The notes under the pieces are model-generated. The model did no database searches. It worked only from the letters and a program-made list of their open reading frames with translations, and was not told the DNA's origin. The translations under genes and the position numbers were made by a program. Source: Candidatus Micrarchaeota archaeon (GTDB lineage: Archaea > Micrarchaeota > Micrarchaeia > Anstonellales > Bilamarchaeaceae). From it: 64,000 nucleotides of DNA. The stretch is taken from NCBI GenBank assembly GCA_043800955.1, contig JAZDMN010000049.1, forward strand, positions 282 through 64,281, given 5' to 3'. Positions 18,070-27,396 of the stretch are shown here, one piece after another (the first letter of the stretch is position 1; every line of letters begins with the position of its first letter).

Positions 18070-19605
18070 TCATTCCTGTTTCTGCCCTTCGTTGGCCTTC
18101 GTTATCCATGCGCCAAGGAGCGTCTGGACAATGGTCAGGGCGTTTGCGGTAATGCTGTAGACATCCATGGCGATGTCCTTGGCCTGGACTATGATTGGAT
18201 CGGATGGCCGGATGTGCTCCGGGTCTGTCCCGCTTGTGAGGATTTCCCTTGCCATCCGTTCCACCTGGTCTGCAGCATGCGGGTTGTTGGCTGTCCTGAA
18301 CCGGTTCACGTCGGAAATCAGGATGGCCTCGCCAAGACCCATGCTCAGCTTCGTCATGGCTCTTGATACGAACTCGTTCCCGTCCCATCTCTTGACCGAC
18401 TCGAAGAGCATCCGCGATATCCGGTTCAGCTGGTTGCCGAACACATCCGGGTCCATCTCCTGTCCCTGCTCGCCCAGGCGTATCATGTCGTAGACAAGGT
18501 GCCTCACTCTGGCTTCGGCGAGCATGGCATATGTGACGCCCTCGACCGCGACATCGCTCAGGATGTCTATCGCCCCGGTTGCTGGGTGGGCGCGGAACAT
18601 GTCGAATGTGGTGAGCGGGACCTCTTTCGAGAGGTCGAGTATGACAATCAGCGGGTGCGCGGCCTCCTCGTCCTCGCCTGCTGGGACGATGGATTGCGCA
18701 GGATATGCGTTAATCCCCTTAAGCCTTAGCGCCGCGACTGCAAGAAGATATGGCTCCATCGGATGCACGAGCTTGAAGAGGCCCGCGCCGGTTACGCGCT
18801 CCTTCGCCAGCCTCGCCTCCTGCCCCAGGATTGCCCCGGCACCCGGAAGCTCGTCAGGCGTCTCGACCGACTCGATGTAATGGAAATTGTAGCTCTTGAA
18901 GAATCGGGGGTTGGCCCTCTCGCTCATGGGCTCCACGAAAGGGCGCATGTCTATGACACGCTCAATCAGCCCGAAAAGGTCGCCCTCTTTCGCGCCTGTG
19001 AAAATCGCCTCGGCCATTTCAGCCACGCGACCTTCCTTATCAGCATACGGGCCGGATTCAGTCGGAAGAGCGTGCGCCTTGAGGTCTTTTGCAGCCTCAA
19101 CCAGTATCTTATATAGCATGACGTCTCCGGTATCCTCGTCCTTCGGCTTCACTCCGACGAGGGCTAGGCCGCCGGCCATCCCCTTCGGCTTCTTTCCGAG
19201 GCCCCAGATGTAGCCCGGGATGTGACCATGCTCGCCATCAGTGCATGGAGGGGCCTCAGTTGCATTCACATGACCAAGCTCGACCATCTCTGAGGTGAGG
19301 ACCTGGCCGAGGCGGATCCTCGGAACCGTTCCAACCGCTATTTCGTGGGTGGCCTTCTCGAATTCCGTACGCTCTGTGAAATCGCGCTGGTATGCGTCCT
19401 TGACTACCGGTGCCGGAGGCGCCTGGGAGGATTGTGACGTCGGTTTCGGTACCGACGGCTGAGCAACCGGCGCAGGCGGGGCCACCATGGGGGCTTCTGT
19501 CCGTATCGGCTCTGCGACCGGAGGAATGGGAGGTTTCGACGGCTCGTTTCCAGAGTCTTTCTTCCCGGCCATCCTCTGTCTGTGAATATCCATCAAGCGT
19601 GCCAT
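18070..19605 (-). CDS. conserved hypothetical protein, 511 aa, Pro-rich N-terminal linker
   Basis: Long ORF with normal codon usage; N-terminal ~70 aa low-complexity Pro/Ala/Val then large globular region; no motif recognised. Confidence 0.5.
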   Translation of the reverse strand: MARLMDIHRQRMAGKKDSGNEPSKPPIPPVAEPIRTEAPMVAPPAPVAQPSVPKPTSQSSQAPPAPVVKDAYQRDFTERTEFEKATHEIAVGTVPRIRLGQVLTSEMVELGHVNATEAPPCTDGEHGHIPGYIWGLGKKPKGMAGGLALVGVKPKDEDTGDVMLYKILVEAAKDLKAHALPTESGPYADKEGRVAEMAEAIFTGAKEGDLFGLIERVIDMRPFVEPMSERANPRFFKSYNFHYIESVETPDELPGAGAILGQEARLAKERVTGAGLFKLVHPMEPYLLAVAALRLKGINAYPAQSIVPAGEDEEAAHPLIVILDLSKEVPLTTFDMFRAHPATGAIDILSDVAVEGVTYAMLAEARVRHLVYDMIRLGEQGQEMDPDVFGNQLNRISRMLFESVKRWDGNEFVSRAMTKLSMGLGEAILISDVNRFRTANNPHAADQVERMAREILTSGTDPEHIRPSDPIIVQAKDIAMDVYSITANALTIVQTLLGAWITKANEGQKQE

Positions 19606-19794
19606 AATCTGACCTCAATCAACCTGGTGCGACGTATGATAGGTAATATATGTTACAAAAGGTATAAAAATGTATATAGAACGGCGAAAGGAACCCGGAT
19701 TGCGGGTAAACGACGCTTGCCGATAGCTATTTCGATAATATTTTAAAAGCGATTAAAGGAGTATGCTAGACCTTACCAGTTAAAGGAGAGAAGT

Positions 19795-21609
19795 ATGGAT
19801 TTCGTTTTCAAGATTGCCGGCCAGGCCGGGGCAGGCGTGATGATTACCGGCAGGCTCATGGTGAAGTGCTTCACGAGGGGGGGATATCATGTCATAGGGT
19901 ATCCAGAGTACCCATCACTTATCCGCGGGGGCCACAACACCGTCCAGGTGCGCATCAGCGATAAGCCAATCCACTCTCCTAGAAGGGAATGCGACCTGGT
20001 GGTGGCGCTCAACAAGGATGCCATCTTCTATCATATGGAAAGCATGGCTCGGGGGGGCATGATAATATACGACCAGCTAATAGATACGAGTCGCTTCAAA
20101 TTAAGGCCTGATGTCCGCATGCACGCCCATCCGCTTTCCAAGCTCACGCTGGAAGTGGGCGGGACCGAGCAGATGAAGAATACTGCCGCCCTCGGTGCGG
20201 CGCTGGCTGCGGTGGAATACCCATTTGGCAGGCTCGAGACGCTGATCCGGGAGGAGCTTGCGAGAAAGGGCGAGGAAATAATAAAGGTGAACATAAACGC
20301 GGCAAAAGCAGGCTATGAATTCGTGAAATCCAACGGGATTTCTTTCGGAAAAAAGATAGCCCCGATACACGAGGAGCGCAAGCCGATAATCACGGGCAAC
20401 GAAGCCATCTCCCTGGGGGCTGTGCGGGGGGGGATGAAGTTCTATGCGGCGTATCCGATGACGCCGGCAACCAGCATTCTCCATTACCTCATCGAAAAGG
20501 AGAAGCAGTTTTCCATCATCACGAAGCAGACCGAGGATGAGATAGCAGCGATTAATTATGCGATCGGGGCTTCGTTCGCTGGGGTGCGCTCAATGGTCGG
20601 GACATCCGGGGGCGGTTTCGCGCTCATGACTGAGGCGCTCGGCATGGCGGCCATCTCCGAGACGCCGATAGTCGTAGCCCTTGTCCAGAGAATCGGGCCG
20701 AGCACCGGCATGCCTACATGGACCGAGCAGGGCGATTTGAGGTTCGCACTGCATGCATCGCAGGGCGATTTCCCAAGGGTGATTCTGGCCCCAGGTGACG
20801 TCCAGGAGGCGTTCTTCCTTACTGCCAAAGCCCATAACCTGGCTGAGAAATACCAGATACCGGTCATTTTACTATCAGACAAGTTCTTGTCCGAAACGGT
20901 CTTCTCGACCGAGCGCTTCGACCAGTCGAAAGTGAAAATCGAGCGCGGGAAACTCGTGAATGGGCCACTGCCACAGCTTGCCCCAATGACGCGCTGGAAG
21001 AGGTATGCGATTACGGATGACGGGGTGTCCGAGCGCGCCATCCCGGGCACGGAGAACGGCATGCACGTGGGCACGAGCTATGAGCACGACGAGAGCGGCT
21101 TCAGCTCGGAAAGCTTCGTCATGAGGACAAGGCAGGTCGACAAGCGCGCGGCAAAAATGAGGAGAATCCTTAAGGAGATGGAAGCCCCGGACGTTTTCGG
21201 GGCGATAGAAGGCTCTGAGGTGACGCTCGTGACATGGGGCTCGATGAAGCTTCCCGCATTGGATGCCCTTGCGCTTCTGGAGGCGAAAGGCATCAGGGCG
21301 AGGCTGGTCAGCTTCACGCACCTATACCCCCTGAATCCGCGGGCGGTGAAGAAGGCGCTCCGTAATGCGGGCGTTACAATCATCGTGGAGAACAACTCTA
21401 CAGCCCAGTTTGCCGGCATGCTCAAGGAATATGCGAACGTGAAGCTGGATTTCCACATGCTCAAATATGACGGCAGGCAGTTCTTCGCAGAGCAGATAGC
21501 CGAGGAGGTCGTGAAGCTGAAGGCTGCCGGCTTCAAGGGCGGGCAGAGGATTGAGGTCGTCGAGAAGGAGGACATGGAGTATTACAATCCTCAGAGGCAC
21601 AGCCTGTAG
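19795..21609 (+). CDS. korA: 2-oxoacid:ferredoxin oxidoreductase alpha subunit (gamma-alpha fused, two-subunit type)
   Basis: N-terminal MDFVFKIAGQAGAGVMITGRLM (gamma-like domain) followed by alpha domain; immediately followed by beta subunit. Confidence 0.8.
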   Translation: MDFVFKIAGQAGAGVMITGRLMVKCFTRGGYHVIGYPEYPSLIRGGHNTVQVRISDKPIHSPRRECDLVVALNKDAIFYHMESMARGGMIIYDQLIDTSRFKLRPDVRMHAHPLSKLTLEVGGTEQMKNTAALGAALAAVEYPFGRLETLIREELARKGEEIIKVNINAAKAGYEFVKSNGISFGKKIAPIHEERKPIITGNEAISLGAVRGGMKFYAAYPMTPATSILHYLIEKEKQFSIITKQTEDEIAAINYAIGASFAGVRSMVGTSGGGFALMTEALGMAAISETPIVVALVQRIGPSTGMPTWTEQGDLRFALHASQGDFPRVILAPGDVQEAFFLTAKAHNLAEKYQIPVILLSDKFLSETVFSTERFDQSKVKIERGKLVNGPLPQLAPMTRWKRYAITDDGVSERAIPGTENGMHVGTSYEHDESGFSSESFVMRTRQVDKRAAKMRRILKEMEAPDVFGAIEGSEVTLVTWGSMKLPALDALALLEAKGIRARLVSFTHLYPLNPRAVKKALRNAGVTIIVENNSTAQFAGMLKEYANVKLDFHMLKYDGRQFFAEQIAEEVVKLKAAGFKGGQRIEVVEKEDMEYYNPQRHSL

Positions 21610-22488
21610 GTGATGGTTATGGTTGCGATTGCAGATTACAACGTCAAGGAAAAATCGCAGTGGTGTCCGGGGTGCGGAAACTTCGCGATTGTGGGCGCCC
21701 TCAAGGGCGCTCTTTCCGAGCTTGGCATCCCGCAGCATCAGGCTGTCGTCGTATCAGGCATAGGCTGCAGCAGCAAGCTACCGCATTATCTGAATACATA
21801 TGGATTCGAGAGCCTGCACGGGCGCGGCCTGCCGGTGGCCTCTGGCATAAAGCTCGCCAACAACAGGCTGACGGTGATAGACGTCGGCGGGGATGGCGAC
21901 GGCTACGGAATAGGGTCCGGCCATTTCCTTCACATCATGAGGAGGAACTACGATTTGACATACATCGTCCATGACAACCAGATTTACGGCCTCACGACCG
22001 GCCAGGCATCGCCCACGTCCCAGCTCGGCATGAAGACAAAGACGACGCCTCAGGGCGTGGTTGAGCTTCCCTTCAATCCGCTTGCGACCGCGATAGTCGG
22101 AGGCGCGACATTCGTCGCGCGCGCGTTTGCCGGCGACATGGCGCACATGAAGGAGATGTTCAGGCAGGCAATCGCCCACAGGGGCTTTGCGCTTGTGGAT
22201 GTCTTCCAGCCGTGCGTCACCTTCAACAAGCTGAACACCTACGACTTCTTCGCAAAGAGAGTGTACAAGCTCGAAGCCCAGGACCCGAAACACGATACCG
22301 GAAACAGGATGCTTGCCCTTGAGAAGGCGTTTGAGCAGACGACGACGAGTTACGAGCGCCTGCCGATAGGCGTTTTCTTCAAGGAGGAGCGTGCGACCTA
22401 CGAGGATACGCTTCCGCAGATAAAGGAGAAGGCGCTTGTGGAACAAGGATTGAAGGGGCTTGATATATCGGCGGCCTACGACGATTAA
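21610..22488 (+). CDS. korB: 2-oxoacid:ferredoxin oxidoreductase beta subunit (TPP binding)
   Basis: WCPGCGNFAIV ... GDGDGYGIG TPP-binding motif; start codon overlaps korA stop. Confidence 0.8.
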   Translation: MMVMVAIADYNVKEKSQWCPGCGNFAIVGALKGALSELGIPQHQAVVVSGIGCSSKLPHYLNTYGFESLHGRGLPVASGIKLANNRLTVIDVGGDGDGYGIGSGHFLHIMRRNYDLTYIVHDNQIYGLTTGQASPTSQLGMKTKTTPQGVVELPFNPLATAIVGGATFVARAFAGDMAHMKEMFRQAIAHRGFALVDVFQPCVTFNKLNTYDFFAKRVYKLEAQDPKHDTGNRMLALEKAFEQTTTSYERLPIGVFFKEERATYEDTLPQIKEKALVEQGLKGLDISAAYDD

Positions 22489-22582
22489 GGAGGCTGCGTC
22501 AGTTGCATTGGTATCGCACCGATTTTTTTACCGCGCTCGAAGCTTCGGATAACTTTTAAATGTTCGAATGTGAATAATAAAC

Positions 22583-22837
22583 ATGGATGATTTTTCCGAA
22601 AGGCTTGGCAGAACCCTCCGGAGCCAGGAGTATAAGGACGCATCCAAAAAAGCAGAAAGCCTGAAAAATCAGACAGCAACCGCAAATGAATTCCGGCTTG
22701 GCACATTGGCAGAAGAAGTAGACTCATTTTTCCAGGGATTGAAGAGGGATTTGCCAGGGGTTTACACAATTCTGCGCATCAGGGAGAAGGAAATCCGGAA
22801 GATGATATTCGAAAAAAAGAAAGGAATTGGCCAGTGA
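22583..22837 (+). CDS. small hypothetical protein (84 aa), upstream partner of HExxH protein
   Basis: Lys/Glu-rich, overlaps the next ORF by 11 nt. Confidence 0.35.
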   Translation: MDDFSERLGRTLRSQEYKDASKKAESLKNQTATANEFRLGTLAEEVDSFFQGLKRDLPGVYTILRIREKEIRKMIFEKKKGIGQ

Positions 22838-23825
22838 TGATATGACACAGCCATTGCAAAGCAGGGATAGTGGGGAATTCTCATCCCGGATGCCGGCGGT
22901 CACAGAGACGCCTGGGGAATGCCAGGCTCCCCAGCCAAGAGCGCCTCATTTCGTAGCTCAACGCCCTGCAGAGGTCCAGGCCTTTCTCAGCAGTTCGCGG
23001 AGCGGGTTGAGTGGGCCGAGAGGATCCCACCCCTCGTTTATCACAGATGACATTCTTAGAGGCCGCCAGCCCCCAGCAGGCCCAGTTGCAACAACAGAAT
23101 GCCGGGTGATAGATTCGAGCGCTCATCTGGAAAGGGTGCGCGCGCAATACGTCGGCCTTCCGGTCGCCCCCCTACTAACACAACCACCTCCGATTGTCGT
23201 GGAAGTGCCCGATGCAGAAGTGCTGAGACTCAGTGGGGGGCAGTCGGCTGACGGTTATTATATTCCGAACACGAACATCATCGTAGTTTCGGCTTCAACC
23301 GCAAGGGACCCGGCACTGCTTAACGAGGTCATTTTGCACGAGATGAACCATTATGCAGGCTGGCGCGGGCATGGTTTTAACAATGCATTTTCAAATGGCG
23401 GAACGCTGAGTGCAATGCCGAATTTGGTCTGGCTTGAAGAAGGACTTGCCAACAGCGGCTCTTCGGGCCTGATCGGAGCGACAACAAGGCCAATCGCTTA
23501 TCCTTATGAAACCATGACTGCCGTCCTTTTGGAAAGGGTTGCCGGGCCAGCAGCTGTAAGGGAAGCATATGCATCAGGCGATTACAGGCGCCTCCAGCAG
23601 ATTGTCAATGAGAGGCTCGGGGAAGGGACTTTCGAGACTGTGATTGGCCTGCGGCAGCGGCCGGATGGAAGCACGATTTCAAACGGCGCAGAAGCACTGG
23701 ACTTCCTGCGTGGTGCAATAGAAAGAAATCCTGGTTCTGCAGATATGGGTGCCTTCTGGGCCGACCCTCGCATCCAGAGGTCCACGGCGACAATTAGGGA
23801 GGAAATGAGGTCCGGCATGGATTAA
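22827..23825 (+). CDS. putative zinc-dependent metallopeptidase (HExxH, zincin-like), Pro/Arg-rich N-terminus
   Basis: VILHEMNHYAGW motif, higher local GC and Arg/Pro/Ser-rich composition. Confidence 0.45.
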   Translation: MASDDMTQPLQSRDSGEFSSRMPAVTETPGECQAPQPRAPHFVAQRPAEVQAFLSSSRSGLSGPRGSHPSFITDDILRGRQPPAGPVATTECRVIDSSAHLERVRAQYVGLPVAPLLTQPPPIVVEVPDAEVLRLSGGQSADGYYIPNTNIIVVSASTARDPALLNEVILHEMNHYAGWRGHGFNNAFSNGGTLSAMPNLVWLEEGLANSGSSGLIGATTRPIAYPYETMTAVLLERVAGPAAVREAYASGDYRRLQQIVNERLGEGTFETVIGLRQRPDGSTISNGAEALDFLRGAIERNPGSADMGAFWADPRIQRSTATIREEMRSGMD

Positions 23826-23848
23826 AATATCGGCGTCGATAGTTTTAC

Positions 23849-25405
23849 GTGGACGTCATCCCCCGCGCATACCAGCTTTCCATATACGATTCCGTCAAAA
23901 CGCACGGCAACACGCTCGTAGTGCTTCCGACAGGCCTCGGGAAGACGCTGATAGCGCTCATGCTCATCCAGGACAGGATGAAAATAGGCAGATGCCTTTT
24001 TCTCACTCCGACAAAGCCGCTTGCCAAGCAGCACGTGCATTCTGTGATGAAGACGCTGGAGCTCTCCGAAAAGAACGTCGCGCTTGTCAGCGGGGAGGTC
24101 GCGCCGAAGAAGCGCAAGGAGGCGTATCTTACGGACATCGTGGTGAGCACTCCCCAGACCATCCGAAACGACCTCGAGACAGGGATTTTAAAACCAAAAT
24201 TCTCGCTGGTCATTTTCGATGAGAGCCATCGGGCGGTCGGTGATTACGCTTACACGCAGGTTGCTGAAAAGCTCCATGGGCCTGATACCCTGTTCCTGGG
24301 CCTCACAGCATCGCCCGGGGGCAGGATGGACCGTATCCGGGAGGTCATGAACGCCCTGAAAATCGATAATGTGGAAATCAGGAGCCACGACGACCCAGAT
24401 GTCGCCCCGTACGTCCAGAAAAGCGAGGTCAGCTGGGTTCCGGTCATGCTCTCGGACCATTTCAGGGAGATAAAGAAGGAATTGGACGCGATGACCGGCA
24501 AGTACGCCGAGCGGCTTTCCGCGATGGGCTTCCCTCCGCCATTGAAGCACAAGGGGAAGTTCATGCAGCTGCGCGAGCGGATACTCAATATCCCGCACAA
24601 CATCAAGTATCCCGCGCTTGTCCAGTATTCCATCCTCCTCCACCTCCTTCATATGACTGAACTCCTTGAGACGCAGGGGATCTATCCGCTGCGGGGCTAC
24701 CTCACCAAGCTCGAGGGCAAGGACAGCAAATCAGCCGCGCAGCTCCTGAAAGAACCAGGCCTTTCGAGGGTGAGGATGCTGGCCCAGAAGGACGAGGACC
24801 ATCCCAAGATGCCTGTCCTTTTAGAAACCATCCGGGCCATGAAAGGGAAAAGGATTATTGTATTCGTCCAGTACCGCACCCAGATAGCCAGGATTGTGGA
24901 TGTCCTTGTTGGCAGCGGGATAAGCGCGAAGCAGTTTGTGGGCAAGAAGGACGGCGTCACGAAAAAAATCCAGGAGGAGACGATTGCGGATTTCCGGGAG
25001 GGGAAGTTTGACGTCCTTGTGGCAAGCAGTATTGGGGAGGAGGGGCTTGATATCCCTGCGGTCGATGCCGTGATATTCTATGAGCCTGTTCCCAGCGAAA
25101 TCAGGGCCATCCAGAGGAGAGGAAGGGCCGGCAGGCTCAAAGAGGGGCAGGTAATCGTCCTCATGACCAAGGGCACGCGGGACGAGTATTACTATTACGC
25201 GGCCAACAACCGCGAGACGAGAATGAAGAAAATCCTGACGGGTATGCAGAAGGGGAAGAAGAAAAAGGCCCCTTTCGAAAGGGCGGACACGCTTCCGTCG
25301 CAAAGCGCGGAACAAAAGGCTTCCGAAAAGCGTTCCGATGCGAAACCGAATACGCCAATAATGGAGAGAAAAAAAGGGCAGACCAGGATGACGGATTTCG
25401 AGTAG
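23849..25405 (+). CDS. hef: Hef/FANCM-family SF2 helicase (helicase domains only, Lys-rich tail)
   Basis: PRAYQLSIYDSV..VVLPTGLGKT Walker A, DESH box, helicase C; no ERCC4 nuclease domain. Confidence 0.65.
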   Translation: MDVIPRAYQLSIYDSVKTHGNTLVVLPTGLGKTLIALMLIQDRMKIGRCLFLTPTKPLAKQHVHSVMKTLELSEKNVALVSGEVAPKKRKEAYLTDIVVSTPQTIRNDLETGILKPKFSLVIFDESHRAVGDYAYTQVAEKLHGPDTLFLGLTASPGGRMDRIREVMNALKIDNVEIRSHDDPDVAPYVQKSEVSWVPVMLSDHFREIKKELDAMTGKYAERLSAMGFPPPLKHKGKFMQLRERILNIPHNIKYPALVQYSILLHLLHMTELLETQGIYPLRGYLTKLEGKDSKSAAQLLKEPGLSRVRMLAQKDEDHPKMPVLLETIRAMKGKRIIVFVQYRTQIARIVDVLVGSGISAKQFVGKKDGVTKKIQEETIADFREGKFDVLVASSIGEEGLDIPAVDAVIFYEPVPSEIRAIQRRGRAGRLKEGQVIVLMTKGTRDEYYYYAANNRETRMKKILTGMQKGKKKKAPFERADTLPSQSAEQKASEKRSDAKPNTPIMERKKGQTRMTDFE

Positions 25406-26206
25406 TCACTTTCTTTGCGCATAAAGCAGGCGGAAGTCAGGGATGTTTGGGACGTCCTCGCTCCTGACGGCGAATCCGTTCTCTTCAAGCAAAACGCGGA
25501 TTTCGTCCGCGCTGTGCCCTGGAACATTATGGCATTCCATCGCTATCCTTTTCACCATTTCAAGAACGTTCTTTGGGCAGGTAAGCATGATTTCGTACTC
25601 CGAACCCTCGCAGTCCATTTTCAGAAGGTCTATGCGCTTTATCCCCCTGGATTTGACAAAATCCGCGAGCGTGACCGCATCAACAATGACCTCCCTTGCG
25701 CGTCCGTGAGGCCGGTAGATGCTGTGGGCGCTCGTCGCGTACTCGGTCACGAAGAAGCTTTTGCGACCGTTCTCTGTTGATACGGCCGCGTTGATGGCAC
25801 ACGCATTCCGGATGTCGTTAAGTTCGATGTTTTCCTTGAGGAGGCGGAAATTGTCTTCATCCGGCTCGAATGAATAGACCTGCCCGTTCTTTGCCGCTTT
25901 TGAAGCGAATGCTGTGAAAGTGCCGATATGCGCCCCGATGTCCAGGATGATGTCATTTTCCCCTATGACTGTTTCGTCCCGGAAGTAGATGCCATGGACG
26001 AATACCTCATCTATGGTCGACCGGTCCGATGTTTCCGGCCTCAGCCTGAATCTCAGCCCGTTCCTGAGCCTGTATATAACTGATTTGAAGGGAAGAAGGC
26101 CCAGGTAATCGAGGGAGTAGATGTGCCAGTTCGCTACGGTGCGGATGACTTTTAGGGCAATCGGGATGTTAAGGTGGAGCAGGTTCGAAAAAGGTATTTT
26201 GGCCAT
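25406..26206 (-). CDS. FkbM-family SAM-dependent methyltransferase
   Basis: DIGAHIGTFTAFASK ... VYSFEPDEDNF motifs of FkbM methyltransferases; last gene of XPD-RfcL operon. Confidence 0.65.
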   Translation of the reverse strand: MAKIPFSNLLHLNIPIALKVIRTVANWHIYSLDYLGLLPFKSVIYRLRNGLRFRLRPETSDRSTIDEVFVHGIYFRDETVIGENDIILDIGAHIGTFTAFASKAAKNGQVYSFEPDEDNFRLLKENIELNDIRNACAINAAVSTENGRKSFFVTEYATSAHSIYRPHGRAREVIVDAVTLADFVKSRGIKRIDLLKMDCEGSEYEIMLTCPKNVLEMVKRIAMECHNVPGHSADEIRVLLEENGFAVRSEDVPNIPDFRLLYAQRK

Positions 26207-26207
26207 A

Positions 26208-27395
26208 TCACTCTCTCCTTGCCGGCTTCATACGGCTCACGCTCGTCTCGAGGATGAATGCGAGCTCGTCCTCGCTGAATTCATAGAACTCCATCATCCG
26301 CTCCGCATGCTTCTTCCCGAATTCTTTCAGCAGCGGCAGGTATTCGAGCGAATCGCGGCGGTTGCCATGCACCCTGCGGCCGATTTTGGTGCCTATGGAT
26401 TTGAGGATTGCCCTGCGCTCGACCGTCCTGGCCATGTTCTTGAGGTAAGTGGGGAAGCTGTATTTCGTGAATTTCCGGTACGCGCCATCTTTCGAAAGCG
26501 CCACGCCCGCGGTCGCGAGGTCGATTGAGTATTTCAGCAGCTGCCAGTTCTGCTTTTTTATCCGCCCATCGAAGATGTCGGCTTTTGAAAGCGAATCGAA
26601 TGCGGCCGCGATTTCGTGGGATTTCTCATACTCGGCCGGGATGTTCTCGTCCACCCAGAGCTTGATGTGCTCATAATCTATCTCGCCGCTTATCGCCTCC
26701 CTTGCCGCAGCATAGCTTTCGGCCTTGAAGATGCCCCTGACAATCTCGAATATGTCCTTCTCGCGGATGCGCGAGGTGGGGCCGAGCGACTGCAAATCGA
26801 TGAGGGCTGCGCGCATGTCCCCCTCAGCGTGTGTGGCGATGGCGTCGACGGTATCGGCTGCGATGCCGAGGCCTTCGGCCTTTGCAACATGCTCAAGGTG
26901 CTTTTTCACAGAGAGCCGGTTAATCCTCTTGAAATCGATTATCTCGCATTCGGCTCTTATCGAAGAGAAACTCTTATCCCAGATGTCCGTCGCCGTCACA
27001 ATGGCCGGGCACGGGGATTCGGCTAGGAATTTTTTTATCGCCGCGCCACCGCCCGAGTCGGCCCTCCCTGCAAGGACATCGGCATCGTCGATTAATATCA
27101 GCTTCACCCTGCCAAAGAGGCTGCCCGCGAGCGCGGACTGCCCGAGCACGCGCTCAACGCGCGCGCGGTTCCGCAGCTCGCTCGCGTTCATCTCCACGAT
27201 ATCGAGGTCGTACTCCTCCTTGAGCGCGTATGCGATTGATGTCTTCCCGGTCCCGGGCGGCCCGTAAAGCAGGAGGGGTTTGCGCTTCTTGCCCGAAAGC
27301 CAGTGCAGCATCCACTGCCGCACATGCTCGACCTTCTCGCTGTTGCCTATCACCTGTGCGAGCTTCTTCGGGGCATATTTCATCGTCAGGAGCAT
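26208..27395 (-). CDS. rfcL: replication factor C large subunit
   Basis: KYAPKKLAQVIGN ... LLLYGPPGTGKTSIAYAL AAA+ clamp-loader motifs; start probably MLLTMKYAPKK. Confidence 0.8.
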   Translation of the reverse strand: MLLTMKYAPKKLAQVIGNSEKVEHVRQWMLHWLSGKKRKPLLLYGPPGTGKTSIAYALKEEYDLDIVEMNASELRNRARVERVLGQSALAGSLFGRVKLILIDDADVLAGRADSGGGAAIKKFLAESPCPAIVTATDIWDKSFSSIRAECEIIDFKRINRLSVKKHLEHVAKAEGLGIAADTVDAIATHAEGDMRAALIDLQSLGPTSRIREKDIFEIVRGIFKAESYAAAREAISGEIDYEHIKLWVDENIPAEYEKSHEIAAAFDSLSKADIFDGRIKKQNWQLLKYSIDLATAGVALSKDGAYRKFTKYSFPTYLKNMARTVERRAILKSIGTKIGRRVHGNRRDSLEYLPLLKEFGKKHAERMMEFYEFSEDELAFILETSVSRMKPARRE

Positions 27396-27396
27396 G

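Noticed and set aside
17864-18388. Several 60-146 aa ORFs on both strands between map and the 511-aa gene
   Set aside because: They coincide with the two-intron tRNA-Arg locus and its promoter region. Their composition is junk-like.
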